Position numbers and translations under genes: made by a program
Part shown: positions 36,548 to 46,687 of the stretch, in pieces
Position numbering within the stretch: position 1 is the first letter of the stretch
Layout of the letters: every line of letters starts with the position of its first letter
From: a phage
Strand: one strand, 5' to 3'
Sequence record: MZ956761.1
DNA length: 64,000 nucleotides
The notes under the pieces: model-generated
Told to the model about the DNA's origin: nothing
The model's database searches: none
What the model saw: only the letters and a program-made list of their open reading frames with translations

Positions 36548-38365
36548 ATGATTAAGAATGAAATTAAAATTCTGAGCGATATTGAACATATCAAAAAGCG
36601 TAGTGGCATGTACATTGGCTCTTCAGCTAATGAAATGCATGAGCGCTTTCTGTTTGGTAAATGGGAAAGTGTTCAGTATGTACCTGGTCTTGTTAAGCTT
36701 ATTGATGAAATTATCGATAACTCAGTAGATGAAGGTATTCGTACTAAGTTTAAATTCGCAAATAAAATTAATGTTACTATTAAAAACAATCAAGTAACAG
36801 TTGAAGATAACGGTCGCGGTATTCCACAAGCGATGGTTAAAACACCTACCGGTGAAGAAATTCCTGGTCCAGTTGCTGCTTGGACTATTCCAAAAGCGGG
36901 TGGTAACTTTGGTGATGATAAAGAACGTGTCACCGGTGGTATGAATGGTGTTGGTTCTAGTTTAACTAACATTTTTTCTGTGATGTTTGTCGGTGAAACT
37001 GGCGATGGTCAAAATAATATTGTAGTTCGTTGTTCAAATGGCATGGAAAATAAATCCTGGGAAACTATTCCTGGAAAATGGAAAGGAACTCGTGTTACTT
37101 TCATTCCAGATTTTATGTCATTTGAAACTAATGAGCTGTCCCAAGTTTATCTTGACATTACACTAGATCGTCTCCAGACACTTGCTGTTGTTTATCCCGA
37201 TATTCAATTTACCTTTAATGGTAAAAAGGTTCAAGGCAATTTTAAGAAATATGCACGCCAATATGATGAGCATGCTATTGTTCAAGAACAAGAAAACTGT
37301 TCTATTGCAGTTGGTCGTTCACCGGATGGTTTTCGTCAATTAACTTATGTGAATAACATTCACACTAAGAATGGTGGCCATCACATTGACTGTGTTATGG
37401 ATGATATTTGTGAAGACTTTATTCCACAAATCAAACGTAAGTTCAAAATTGATGTAACTAAAGCACGTGTTAAAGAATGTTTGACTATCGTTATGTTTGT
37501 TCGTGATATGAAAAACATGCGATTTGATTCTCAAACTAAAGAGCGTTTGACTTCTCCATTTGGTGAAATCCGTAGTCATATTCAGCTTGATGCTAAAAAG
37601 ATTTCACGCGCTATTCTAAATAATGAAGCAATTCTAATGCCGATTATCGAAGCTGCTTTGGCTCGTAAATTGGCGGCAGAAAAAGCAGCAGAAACTAAAG
37701 CAGCTAAAAAGGCTTCTAAAGCTAAGGTTCATAAACATATCAAAGCGAATCTTTGTGGTAAAGATGCTGACACTACTCTTTTCTTGACTGAGGGTGATTC
37801 TGCTATCGGATATCTTATTGATGTTCGTGATAAAGAACTTCATGGTGGTTATCCATTACGTGGTAAAGTTCTCAACAGTTGGGGTATGTCTTATGCAGAT
37901 ATGCTTAAAAACAAAGAACTATTTGATATTTGCGCAATCACTGGTCTAGTTCTCGGTGAAAAAGCTGAAAACTTGAATTATCATAATATTGCTATTATGA
38001 CCGATGCTGACCACGATGGTCTAGGAAGCATTTATCCTTCTCTGCTCGGATTTTTTAGTAATTGGCCAGAACTGTTTGAACAAGGAAGAATTCGCTTTGT
38101 CAAAACTCCTGTAATCATCGCTCAGGTCGGTAAAAAACAAGAATGGTTTTATACAGTCGCTGAATATGAGAGTGCCAAAGATGCTCTACCTAAACATAGC
38201 ATCCGTTATATTAAGGGACTTGGCTCTTTGGAAAAATCTGAATATCGTGAGATGATTCAAAACCCAGTATATGATGTTGTTAAACTTCCTGAGAACTGGA
38301 AAGAGCTTTTTGAAATGCTCATGGGAGATAACGCTGACCTTCGTAAAGAATGGATGAGCCAGTAG
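36548..38365 (+). CDS. 39: DNA topoisomerase II large subunit gp39, uninterrupted (39+60 fused form)
   Basis: 605 aa from ATG 36548; GyrB-like ATPase and Toprim motifs; no gene 60 split. Confidence 0.93.
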   Translation: MIKNEIKILSDIEHIKKRSGMYIGSSANEMHERFLFGKWESVQYVPGLVKLIDEIIDNSVDEGIRTKFKFANKINVTIKNNQVTVEDNGRGIPQAMVKTPTGEEIPGPVAAWTIPKAGGNFGDDKERVTGGMNGVGSSLTNIFSVMFVGETGDGQNNIVVRCSNGMENKSWETIPGKWKGTRVTFIPDFMSFETNELSQVYLDITLDRLQTLAVVYPDIQFTFNGKKVQGNFKKYARQYDEHAIVQEQENCSIAVGRSPDGFRQLTYVNNIHTKNGGHHIDCVMDDICEDFIPQIKRKFKIDVTKARVKECLTIVMFVRDMKNMRFDSQTKERLTSPFGEIRSHIQLDAKKISRAILNNEAILMPIIEAALARKLAAEKAAETKAAKKASKAKVHKHIKANLCGKDADTTLFLTEGDSAIGYLIDVRDKELHGGYPLRGKVLNSWGMSYADMLKNKELFDICAITGLVLGEKAENLNYHNIAIMTDADHDGLGSIYPSLLGFFSNWPELFEQGRIRFVKTPVIIAQVGKKQEWFYTVAEYESAKDALPKHSIRYIKGLGSLEKSEYREMIQNPVYDVVKLPENWKELFEMLMGDNADLRKEWMSQ

Positions 38366-38395
38366 TTTACTTTACCACAAGGATGTGGTATAATT
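38362..38395 (+). promoter_or_regulatory. T4 early promoter
   Basis: GTTTACT -35, 17-nt spacer, TGgTATAAT; CCACA/TGTGG inverted repeat. Confidence 0.7.
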
Positions 38396-38419
38396 AATTG
38401 GGCAAATGAGGATATTGAA

Positions 38420-38623
38420 ATGAAATCATATAAAGTAAATTTAGAGCTTTTTGATAAAGCAGTTCATCGAGAATATAGAATCATTCAGCGCTTTTTCGAT
38501 ATGGGAGAAGCCGAAGAATTTAAAAACCGCTTTAAAGATATTAGAGATAAAATTCAATCCGACACCGCAACTAAAGATGAACTACTAGAAGTTGCTGAAG
38601 TTATTAAGCGTAATATGAATTAA
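38420..38623 (+). CDS. hypothetical protein
   Basis: 67 aa, ATG after GAGGATATTG. Confidence 0.5.
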   Translation: MKSYKVNLELFDKAVHREYRIIQRFFDMGEAEEFKNRFKDIRDKIQSDTATKDELLEVAEVIKRNMN

Positions 38624-38633
38624 TGAGGAAATT

Positions 38634-40811
38634 ATGATTATCACCACTGAAAAAGAAACAATTCTTGGTAATGGTTCTAAATCAAAAGCATTTAGCATCG
38701 CAGCAAATCCTAAAGTATTTAAAATTCTATCATCTGATTTGTATACAAACAAGATTCGCGCAGTAGTCCGTGAATTGATTACTAACATGATTGATGCCCA
38801 TGCACTTAATGGAAATCCTGAAAAATTTATCATACAAGTTCCTGGACGTTTAGACCCACGATTTGTTTGTCGAGATTTTGGTCCGGGTATGAGTGATTTT
38901 GATATTCAGGGTGATGATAATTCTCCTGGACTGTATAATTCATACTTCAGTTCATCTAAGGCTGAATCTAACGATTTCATTGGCGGATTTGGTTTAGGTT
39001 CTAAATCTCCATTTAGTTATACTGATACGTTTAGTATTACTTCGTATCATAAAGGTGAAATTCGTGGTTATGTAGCTTACATGGATGGTGATGGCCCACA
39101 GATTAAACCTACATTCGTAAAAGAAATGGGTCCAGATGATAAAACTGGTATTGAAATCGTAGTTCCAGTTGAAGAAAAAGACTTTAGAAACTTTGCTTAT
39201 GAAGTTTCTTATATCATGCGACCGTTCAAAGATTTGGCTATCATTAATGGTCTTGACCGCGAAATTGATTATTTTCCGGATTTTGATGATTATTATGGCG
39301 TAAATCCAGAAAGATACTGGCCAGATCGTGGTGGATTATATGCTATCTATGGCGGTATTGTTTATCCTATCGATGGTGTTATTAGAGACCGTAACTGGTT
39401 AAGCATTCGCAATGAAGTGAATTACATTAAGTTTCCAATGGGTTCACTTGATATTGCTCCATCTCGCGAGGCTCTTTCACTGGATGATCGTACTCGTAAA
39501 AATATTATTGAGCGTGTTAAAGAGCTTAGTGAGAAGGCATTCAATGAAGATGTAAAACGATTTAAAGAATCCACATCTCCCCGTCATACATATCGTGAAT
39601 TGATGAAGATGGGATATTCTGCTCGAGATTATATGATTAGTAATTCAGTCAAATTTACGACTAAAAATCTGTCATATAAGAAGATGCAAAGCATGTTTGA
39701 ACCTGATAGTAAGTTATGTAATGCAGGAGTTGTGTATGAAGTAAATCTTGACCCTCGACTGAAGCGCATTAAGCAAAGTCATGAAACTTCAGCCGTTGCA
39801 TCAAGTTATCGTCTGTTTGGTATTAATGCAACAAAGATTAATATCGTTATTGATAATATTAAAAATCGTGTTAATATTGTCCGTGGATTAGCACATGCGT
39901 TAGATGATAGTGAATTTAATAACACTTTGAATATTCATCACAACGAACGCCTTCTGTTTATTAATCCAGAAGTAGAATCGCAGATTGATTTGCTTCCTGA
40001 TATTATGGCGATGTTTGAAAGTGATGAAGTTAACATTCATTATTTGTCAGAAATTGAAGCTTTAGTTAAAAGCTATATTCCAAAGGTAGTTAAAAGTAAA
40101 GCTCCTCGTCCTAAAGCTGCTACAGCATTTAAGTTTGAAATTAAAGACGGGCGCTGGGAAAAAGAGGAATTATTTACGCTCACATCAGAAGCAGATGAAA
40201 TTACTGGGTATGTAGCGTATATGCATCGTTCTGATATTTTCTCTATGGATGGTACTACATCTCTTTGTCATCCATCTATGAATATTTTGATTCGTATGGC
40301 TAATCTTATTGGCATTAATGAATTTTATGTTATTCGTCCGCTTTTGCAGAAAAAGGTAAAAGAACTCGGTCAGTGCCAATGTATTTTTGAAACTCTGCGT
40401 GATTTATATGTAGATGCTTTTGATGATGTAGATTATGATAAGTATGTAGGTTATTCAAGTTCAGCTCAACGATATATTGATAAAATTATCAAGTATCCTG
40501 AACTAGATTTTATGATGAAGTACTTCAGTACAGATGAAGTTTCTGAAGAATATACACGACTCGCTAATATAGTTAGTTCATTGCGCGGCGTATATTTTAA
40601 TGGTGGAAAAGATACCATCGGTCATGACATCTGGACAGTAACTAATCTTTTTGATGTATTATCAAATAATGCTTCAAAAAACAGTGATAAAATGGTTGCT
40701 GAGTTTACCAAGAAATTCCGTATTGTTTCCGACTTCATCGGATATCGCAACTCTTTAAGCGATGATGAAGTTTCCCAAATCGCTAAAACTATGAAGGCCC
40801 TTGCGGCCTAA
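38634..40811 (+). CDS. rIIA: rIIA membrane-associated protein
   Basis: 725 aa; size and synteny with rIIB; GHKL-like N-terminal motifs. Confidence 0.9.
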   Translation: MIITTEKETILGNGSKSKAFSIAANPKVFKILSSDLYTNKIRAVVRELITNMIDAHALNGNPEKFIIQVPGRLDPRFVCRDFGPGMSDFDIQGDDNSPGLYNSYFSSSKAESNDFIGGFGLGSKSPFSYTDTFSITSYHKGEIRGYVAYMDGDGPQIKPTFVKEMGPDDKTGIEIVVPVEEKDFRNFAYEVSYIMRPFKDLAIINGLDREIDYFPDFDDYYGVNPERYWPDRGGLYAIYGGIVYPIDGVIRDRNWLSIRNEVNYIKFPMGSLDIAPSREALSLDDRTRKNIIERVKELSEKAFNEDVKRFKESTSPRHTYRELMKMGYSARDYMISNSVKFTTKNLSYKKMQSMFEPDSKLCNAGVVYEVNLDPRLKRIKQSHETSAVASSYRLFGINATKINIVIDNIKNRVNIVRGLAHALDDSEFNNTLNIHHNERLLFINPEVESQIDLLPDIMAMFESDEVNIHYLSEIEALVKSYIPKVVKSKAPRPKAATAFKFEIKDGRWEKEELFTLTSEADEITGYVAYMHRSDIFSMDGTTSLCHPSMNILIRMANLIGINEFYVIRPLLQKKVKELGQCQCIFETLRDLYVDAFDDVDYDKYVGYSSSAQRYIDKIIKYPELDFMMKYFSTDEVSEEYTRLANIVSSLRGVYFNGGKDTIGHDIWTVTNLFDVLSNNASKNSDKMVAEFTKKFRIVSDFIGYRNSLSDDEVSQIAKTMKALAA

Positions 40812-40822
40812 TAAGGAAAATT

Positions 40823-41761
40823 ATGTACAATATTAAATGCCTGACCAAAAACGAACAAGCTGAAATTGTTAAACTGTATTCAAGTGGTAATTACACCCAA
40901 CAGGAATTGGCTTATTGGAAGGATGTATCGGTTGATACAATCCGTCGTGTTTTGAAAAATGCTGAAGAAGCTAAACGCCCTAAAGTTACTATTAGCGGTG
41001 ATATTACAGTTAAAGTTAATAGCGATGCAGTTATTGCTCCAGTTGCTAAATCTGACATTATTTGGAATGCATCTAAAAAATTCATTTCAATTACTGTTGA
41101 CGGTGTAACTTATAACGCAACTCCTAATACTCATTCAAACTTCCAGGAAATTCTTAATCTGCTTGTAGCAGATAAGTTGGAAGAAGCGGCACAAAAAATT
41201 AATGTTCGTCGCGCTGTTGAAAAATATATTTCCGGCGATGTTCGAATTGAAGGCGGAAGCTTGTTCTATCAAAATATCGAATTACGGTCTGGTTTAGTTG
41301 ATCGTATTCTCGATTCGATGGAAAAAGGTGAAAACTTTGAATTTTATTTTCCGTTCTTGGAAAATCTGCTGGAAAACCCAAGCCAGAAAGCGGTATCTCG
41401 ACTCTTTGATTTCTTGGTAGCAAACGATATTGAAATTACAGAAGATGGTTACTTCTATGCTTGGAAAGTAGTTCGTGACAACTACTTTGACTGTCACTCA
41501 AACACCTTTGATAACAGTCCTGGTAAAGTAGTTAAAATGCCGCGTACTCGTGTGAATGACGATGATACACAAACTTGTTCTCGTGGTCTGCATGTGTGTT
41601 CTAAATCTTATATTCGTCACTTTGGCAGTTCAACCAGCCGAGTTGTAAAAGTTAAAGTACATCCACGTGATGTAGTATCAATTCCGATTGATTACAACGA
41701 TGCTAAAATGCGTACCTGCCAATACGAAGTAGTTGAAGACGTTACTGAACAATTTAAATAA
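40823..41761 (+). CDS. rIIB: rIIB protein
   Basis: 312 aa immediately downstream of rIIA. Confidence 0.9.
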   Translation: MYNIKCLTKNEQAEIVKLYSSGNYTQQELAYWKDVSVDTIRRVLKNAEEAKRPKVTISGDITVKVNSDAVIAPVAKSDIIWNASKKFISITVDGVTYNATPNTHSNFQEILNLLVADKLEEAAQKINVRRAVEKYISGDVRIEGGSLFYQNIELRSGLVDRILDSMEKGENFEFYFPFLENLLENPSQKAVSRLFDFLVANDIEITEDGYFYAWKVVRDNYFDCHSNTFDNSPGKVVKMPRTRVNDDDTQTCSRGLHVCSKSYIRHFGSSTSRVVKVKVHPRDVVSIPIDYNDAKMRTCQYEVVEDVTEQFK

Positions 41762-41780
41762 GGGCTTCGGCCCTTATCAT
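41761..41780 (+). terminator. terminator/attenuator hairpin
   Basis: AGGGC-TTCG-GCCCT hairpin; weak T tract. Confidence 0.45.
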
Positions 41781-41793
41781 ATTAAGGAAAATT

Positions 41794-41988
41794 ATGTTAG
41801 GTTATCAAGCACGAGTAAAAGAAGAATACGATCAATTAATGCTCAAAATTAATGCACTGAGCAAATTTTTAGAAAGCACAAAGTTTCTAACGGTTAGTGC
41901 AGTTGAGCAAGAACTGCTGCTTTCACAGTTCATCTCAATGAAATCTTATGCTGAGTGTCTAGAGAAAAGAATCGCACAATTCAAATAA
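41794..41988 (+). CDS. hypothetical protein
   Basis: 64 aa, ATG after AAGGAAAAT. Confidence 0.5.
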   Translation: MLGYQARVKEEYDQLMLKINALSKFLESTKFLTVSAVEQELLLSQFISMKSYAECLEKRIAQFK

Positions 41989-41991
41989 AAT

Positions 41992-42015
41992 AAGGGCTTC
42001 GGCCCTTTTGTTTTA
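41992..42015 (+). terminator. rho-independent terminator
   Basis: AAGGGC-TTCG-GCCCTT hairpin + TTGTTTT. Confidence 0.75.
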
Positions 42016-42051
42016 AGAGAAATTATGATTCCGACATAAAGGAAAGTTTAA

Positions 42052-42609
42052 ATGCAGAAAACGAATCCGGGTTTGCAGAGACTATTTCAGATTCCGTCAT
42101 TTACCCTATCGAACAGTGACTTGACTAGTGAAATGAAGGCCAAAATTGCTGATACTGCAAGATATTCTTTAAAGCAAAATCCAAATCAGGATAAGGCAGA
42201 AGTTATCGAAAGATGCCGTATCGCTGTGTACGCAGAGTTTTTTGTGGCAGATTGGCTGAGCGGATATGTCAATAAAGGCCAAGAAGATGTCGATGATCCG
42301 TACACATATGCATGGGATGTTTTAGCACATCCAAAATACTGCGGGCTTCGTGTAGAAGTTAAGACACATCAAACTGACTCACGTTGGATTTCGGTGACAA
42401 CAGGATGCAGCGGAGAGTATCCATATGGTTCTGGAATAAATCTAGGGCCCATTCTAAATCATCAAGTCGCTGACTGTATAATTATATTCAACACTAAAGA
42501 AATTCATCCAGGTGTCATCCAGTACACTCCGAAGTTCATCGGTGACAGAGAAGACCTTCGTAAAGTTGTAAGAAAAAGCAACTACAACGGATGGTATCTT
42601 TCCATTTAA
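42052..42609 (+). CDS. denB: endonuclease IV DenB
   Basis: 185 aa; size and position downstream of rIIB as in T4. Confidence 0.75.
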   Translation: MQKTNPGLQRLFQIPSFTLSNSDLTSEMKAKIADTARYSLKQNPNQDKAEVIERCRIAVYAEFFVADWLSGYVNKGQEDVDDPYTYAWDVLAHPKYCGLRVEVKTHQTDSRWISVTTGCSGEYPYGSGINLGPILNHQVADCIIIFNTKEIHPGVIQYTPKFIGDREDLRKVVRKSNYNGWYLSI

Positions 42610-42622
42610 AAAATTTCACAAA

Positions 42623-42656
42623 ATGGTTTACATACCACAAGGACCGTGGTACTATA
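42623..42656 (+). promoter_or_regulatory. T4 early promoter
   Basis: GTTTACA -35, 17-nt spacer, TGgTACTAT. Confidence 0.7.
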
Positions 42657-42692
42657 CAACTATCAACTAATACGGATTTGGAGAATAAAATG
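42647..42692 (+). repeat. 46-nt promoter/leader repeat, identical to 15448-15493
   Basis: exact 46-nt identity including -10, leader, SD and ATG. Confidence 0.9.
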
Positions 42693-42896
42693 TTTACTAC
42701 AGCTGAATTAAAACGAGCAAAAGCTAAGAAAGGGCAAGGGAAATATAAAGCTGAACTAGTTAAAGAACTTCAATTTGCTGAGGCTGAGTTGAATTCGATG
42801 ATTATTCAAAATGCTCCAGAAACTGAAATTGCTCTTAAACGTATTGCGAATAAGTGTCTTCGTGATGCAATCGTTGATCTTTTAGCGGATTATTGA
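42690..42896 (+). CDS. hypothetical protein
   Basis: 68 aa from ATG after GGAGAATAAA. Confidence 0.5.
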   Translation: MFTTAELKRAKAKKGQGKYKAELVKELQFAEAELNSMIIQNAPETEIALKRIANKCLRDAIVDLLADY

Positions 42897-42901
42897 GTAA
42901 A

Positions 42902-43165
42902 ATGAAATTTAAATTTTATTATGCTAAGCATAAAATAACTGATGAGTTTGTGTCAGTTGAATATTCTAGCGATGATGAAGGTATGATTTATACTCGCTTA
43001 GGATTATCGCATTGGGAGTCTGATCAGCCTTATTTTTCAACTCCTGAAGAAATTACACGCTTAGTTAATGGTCATATGAATGATCACTGGAATGTAATTC
43101 TTTCAGATAGTCTTAAAGCGGCTATTAATAGTAATGAAATGAAAATCGCTGAGATTGAACTATGA
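42902..43165 (+). CDS. hypothetical protein
   Basis: 87 aa from ATG 42902. Confidence 0.45.
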   Translation: MKFKFYYAKHKITDEFVSVEYSSDDEGMIYTRLGLSHWESDQPYFSTPEEITRLVNGHMNDHWNVILSDSLKAAINSNEMKIAEIEL

Positions 43166-43347
43166 GTTCATTATGGTGGTGTTTTGTTTGGTTAATTAGT
43201 ATTCCATTAATTTGTTTAACATTTACTTTTGTAATGAGGTTATTATGAAAATTTTGAATTCTGTGCTTATTGCTTGTGCGTGGTGGGTTGCGCAAGTTTC
43301 AGCGGTAGTAGTTGGTATTCACATTTATTACGAATATTTTTAAAAAA

Positions 43348-43381
43348 GTTGTTTACAAGACTGTTCCTCTGTGGTATTATT
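43348..43381 (+). promoter_or_regulatory. T4 early promoter (member of the repeat family)
   Basis: GTTTACAAGACTGTTC as at 15427; TGgTATTAT -10; 9-bp inverted repeat CTGTTCCTC/GAGGAACAG bridges the promoter and the SD. Confidence 0.7.
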
Positions 43382-43408
43382 ACCCTATCAACTACGGAGG
43401 AACAGAAA

Positions 43409-43522
43409 ATGAAAAAGATTGTTAAAGCTATATGGAATGTAGTTATAATACTAGTAGTTTTGAGTATATTCCCAATCGTTTTAATGATTGATGTATTAAA
43501 CGCTTACTTTGGATTTATGTGA
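43409..43522 (+). CDS. hypothetical small membrane peptide (37 aa)
   Basis: ATG after GGAGGAACAG; hydrophobic. Confidence 0.35.
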   Translation: MKKIVKAIWNVVIILVVLSIFPIVLMIDVLNAYFGFM

Positions 43523-43529
43523 GGAAAAT

Positions 43530-43727
43530 ATGAAGCGTAAACGCGGTGCTTTTACATTTATTGAATGGTTTTTCGATAATATTTTTCCAGCTTTATTCAT
43601 TTTCATGCTGATTTTCGCCTTAGGTTCAGTTGTAGTTGGAATCTATTTGATGGCAGTTGTCGGAATGGACATTCATCAAAATGGCTTAAAATCTGTAGTT
43701 GAAACAATTTGGAATGGTGTAAAATGA
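43530..43727 (+). CDS. hypothetical small membrane protein
   Basis: 65 aa from ATG after GAGGAAAAT; two hydrophobic segments. Confidence 0.45.
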   Translation: MKRKRGAFTFIEWFFDNIFPALFIFMLIFALGSVVVGIYLMAVVGMDIHQNGLKSVVETIWNGVK

Positions 43728-43842
43728 TGAATTTGCTGAGTGGTTGGTTTTATATTCTCATGTTTTACATTGGTGCAAATTTCCCATATTGGATGGGATG
43801 GTCAACAACTGCATTCGGATTTTATACTCCTTGAGGTGAATT

Positions 43843-44058
43843 ATGAAAATCTTTAAAGATGTAAAAGTTGGTGAAATTTTCTGTTTAGATAACGGTGATC
43901 AGTTAATTCGTATTTCACCTCTTAAGAGCACTAGCGAGAAACCGACAGTTAATGCTACTTTAGCAAATAACAGTAATGAACGTTTCTGTATTGAAAATGA
44001 TACTGAAACTTATACCGTAGAAGAGTTTTGGAAATTGAGCGTCGACTGCGACGATTAA
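43843..44058 (+). CDS. hypothetical protein
   Basis: 71 aa, ATG after GAGGTGAATT. Confidence 0.5.
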   Translation: MKIFKDVKVGEIFCLDNGDQLIRISPLKSTSEKPTVNATLANNSNERFCIENDTETYTVEEFWKLSVDCDD

Positions 44059-44118
44059 TTTATCGGCCGTGTGTATTCATGCGGCCTTGGAGTAGAAAAT
44101 AATTTAGAGGAAATTAAT

Positions 44119-44577
44119 ATGAAATATATGACTGTTACTGATCTGAATGATGCAGGTGCTACTGTTATTGGTACAATCAAGGGTGGTGAGTGGTTTTTGG
44201 GAACTCCGCACAAAGACATTTTGTCTAAACCTGGATTTTACTTTTTAGTAAGTAAATTAGATGGTCGTCCATTTAGTAATCCATGTGTGTCTGCACGATT
44301 TTATGTAGGTAATCAGCGTTCTAAGCAAGGATTCAGTGCAGTTCTAAGTCATATTCGTCAACGTCGGTCTCAGCTTGCACGTACTATTGCAAATAACAAT
44401 ATGGTATACACGGTGTTTTATCTGCCTGCTTCTAAGATGAAACCTCTGACGACGGGATTTGGAAAAGGTCAGTTAGCTTTGGCGTTTACTCGTAATCATC
44501 ATTCTGAGTATCAAACACTTGAAGAAATGAACCGTATGTTGGCTGATAACTTTAAATTTGTTTTGCAGGCATATTAA
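44119..44577 (+). CDS. ndd: nucleoid disruption protein Ndd
   Basis: 152 aa from ATG 44119; matches recalled T4 Ndd ([10 protein letters not shown]...). Confidence 0.88.
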
Positions 44578-44657
44578 TGAGTAATTTCCATAACGAACAT
44601 GTGATGCAGTTCTATCGTAACAATCTTAAAACCAAAGGCGTCTTCGGACGCCAGTGA
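44577..44657 (+). CDS. stp: Stp peptide (activator of host PrrC anticodon nuclease)
   Basis: 26 aa [26 protein letters not shown], matches recalled T4 Stp; TAATG overlap with ndd. Confidence 0.85.
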
Positions 44658-44664
44658 GGAAAAT

Positions 44665-44820
44665 ATGAAATTTGTTCACGGTATAGCCTTTTTCTGTTGG
44701 TTCTTTTTATGCATCGGAACAGTAATAACTGGAGAAACTTCAGTATTTTTGCAAGCATCAGCTCAGGGCGTATTAGCGATTTTATCATTATTCGCGTACA
44801 TTGGTTCTAAAAATAGTTGA
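44665..44820 (+). CDS. ac: small membrane protein Ac (acriflavine sensitivity)
   Basis: 51 aa hydrophobic ORF after GAGGAAAAT; size and position as T4 ac. Confidence 0.6.
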   Translation: MKFVHGIAFFCWFFLCIGTVITGETSVFLQASAQGVLAILSLFAYIGSKNS

Positions 44821-44830
44821 GGAGAATATT

Positions 44831-44989
44831 ATGAATATCGCAAAATTATTAGGAGTTATTTCATTTATTTGTTGGATAGTAGCATGTGTTTTAACTATCT
44901 GTATCGATGCTAGCAGTGTGTTTTCACAAGCTTTAGCNCAGGGTATGTGTNNATATTTNANNTTTGTGTTGTTATCTNCTAATGNTTAA
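44831..44989 (+). CDS. hypothetical small membrane protein (3' end in ambiguous-base tract)
   Basis: ATG after GGAGAATATT; hydrophobic; stop uncertain because of Ns. Confidence 0.35.
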   Translation: MNIAKLLGVISFICWIVACVLTICIDASSVFSQALXQGMCXYXXFVLLSXNX

Positions 44990-45126
44990 GAAAATCTTNG
45001 GCTANTCANTANCCCNTGCTACTTTANTGGTAGCACTANANTANGGAGTAANGNTCNGANTAANTCAAGTCGTGCNTTTCATTTCNGANGTTATTATGGC
45101 ACTACATTCACTAGTATGGTAAATTT

Positions 45127-46455
45127 ATGCAACTGAATAATCGCGATTTAAAAAGTATCATTGATAATGAAGCATTGGCTTATGCTATGTACACGGTTGA
45201 AAATCGTGCTATTCCAAATATGATTGATGGATTTAAGCCAGTTCAACGATTTGTTATTGCTCGAGCTCTTGATTTGGCACGAGGAAATAAAGATAAGTTT
45301 CACAAACTCGCTTCTATCGCAGGTGGTGTAGCGGACCTTGGATATCACCATGGCGAAAACTCTGCACAAGACGCAGGTGCTTTGATGGCTAACACTTGGA
45401 ATAATAACTTTCCTCTGTTAGATGGTCAAGGAAACTTTGGTTCTCGTACCGTTCAAAAAGCAGCAGCAAGTCGTTATATTTTTGCTCGTGTAAGTAAAAA
45501 TTTCTATAACGTATATAAAGATACTGAATATGCTCCGGTACATCAAGATAAAGAACACATTCCGCCTGCTTTTTATTTGCCTATTATTCCTACTGTTCTT
45601 CTTAATGGTGTTTCCGGTATTGCAACTGGTTATGCAACTTACATTCTTCCTCATAGTGTTTCTTCTGTCAAGAAAGCTGTACTGCAAGCTCTTCAAGGAA
45701 AGAAAGTAACTAAACCGAAGGTAGAATTCCCAGAATTTCGTGGTGAAGTCGTTGAAATTGATGGGCAGTATGAAATTCGTGGAACATATAAGTTTACTTC
45801 ACGAACTCAAATGCATATCACTGAGATTCCATATAAGTATGATCGTGAAACTTATGTGAGTAAAATCTTAGACCCACTTGAAGATAAAGGCTTCATTACA
45901 TGGGATGATGCTTGCGGTGAGCACGGTTTTGGATTCAAAGTTAAATTCCGTAAAGAATATTCTTTGAGCGATAATGAAGAAGAACGCCATGCAAAAATTA
46001 TGAAAGACTTCGGGTTGATTGAGCGTCGTTCTCAGAATATTACCGTCATTAATGAGAAAGGAAAGCTGCAAGTTTACGATAACGTAGTTGATTTAATTAA
46101 AGACTTCGTTGAAGTTCGTAAAACTTATGTCCAAAAACGAATTGATAACAAAATTAAAGAAACTGAGTCAGCCTTTCGTTTAGCCTTTGCCAAGGCACAT
46201 TTCATTAAGAAAGTAATTTCAGGTGAAATTGTTGTACAGGGTAAAACTCGTAAAGAACTGACCGAAGAACTTTCGAAAATCGATATGTATTCTTCTTATG
46301 TTGATAAACTAGTTGGAATGAATATTTTTCATATGACTTCCGACGAAGCAAAGAAACTTGCTGAAGAAGCTAAAGCTAAAAAAGAAGAAAACGAATATTG
46401 GAAAACTACTGATGTAGTTACCGAATACACCAAAGATTTAGAGGAAATCAAATGA
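45127..46455 (+). CDS. 52: DNA topoisomerase II medium subunit gp52
   Basis: 442 aa; GyrA-like N-terminus; matches recalled T4 gp52. Confidence 0.93.
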   Translation: MQLNNRDLKSIIDNEALAYAMYTVENRAIPNMIDGFKPVQRFVIARALDLARGNKDKFHKLASIAGGVADLGYHHGENSAQDAGALMANTWNNNFPLLDGQGNFGSRTVQKAAASRYIFARVSKNFYNVYKDTEYAPVHQDKEHIPPAFYLPIIPTVLLNGVSGIATGYATYILPHSVSSVKKAVLQALQGKKVTKPKVEFPEFRGEVVEIDGQYEIRGTYKFTSRTQMHITEIPYKYDRETYVSKILDPLEDKGFITWDDACGEHGFGFKVKFRKEYSLSDNEEERHAKIMKDFGLIERRSQNITVINEKGKLQVYDNVVDLIKDFVEVRKTYVQKRIDNKIKETESAFRLAFAKAHFIKKVISGEIVVQGKTRKELTEELSKIDMYSSYVDKLVGMNIFHMTSDEAKKLAEEAKAKKEENEYWKTTDVVTEYTKDLEEIK

Positions 46456-46601
46456 GTCCATTCATTGGTATTACAAGCGCCGCATTAGTATCCGGTGGCA
46501 TTTTACTGGCGGGTTTAGGTGTTGTTCCTGCCGTAGCAGGAGGTCTTCTTGCATTCGGAATTCAACGTGTTATCATGACAGTTATCACAGTCATGCAGTA
46601 A
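46452..46601 (+). CDS. hypothetical small membrane protein (49 aa)
   Basis: ATGA overlap with gene 52; Gly/Ala-rich hydrophobic. Confidence 0.4.
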   Translation: MSPFIGITSAALVSGGILLAGLGVVPAVAGGLLAFGIQRVIMTVITVMQ

Positions 46602-46605
46602 TTTT

Positions 46606-46633
46606 AGGGAGAGCCTCGGCTCTCCCTTTTTTA
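46606..46633 (+). terminator. rho-independent terminator
   Basis: AGGGAGAGC-CTCG-GCTCTCCCT hairpin + TTTTTT. Confidence 0.85.
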
Positions 46634-46653
46634 TTTCAAAAATTTTTTCACAA

Positions 46654-46687
46654 AACGGTTTACAACCAAAGCATACTGTGGTACTAT
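46654..46687 (+). promoter_or_regulatory. T4 early promoter (motA)
   Basis: GTTTACA -35, 17-nt spacer, TGgTACTAT; followed by diverged copy of the leader repeat. Confidence 0.7.

Noticed and set aside
36205-36615. 136-aa minus-strand ORF overlapping the lipoprotein gene and the start of gene 39
   Set aside because: The plus-strand lipoprotein ORF has an SD and a signal peptide with lipobox, and the region contains a plus-strand terminator hairpin; the antisense frame has no start context.
44637-44652. GGCGTC-TTCG-GACGCC hairpin as a terminator
   Set aside because: It lies inside the stp coding sequence and has no U-tract after it; more likely an RNA structural element than a terminator.
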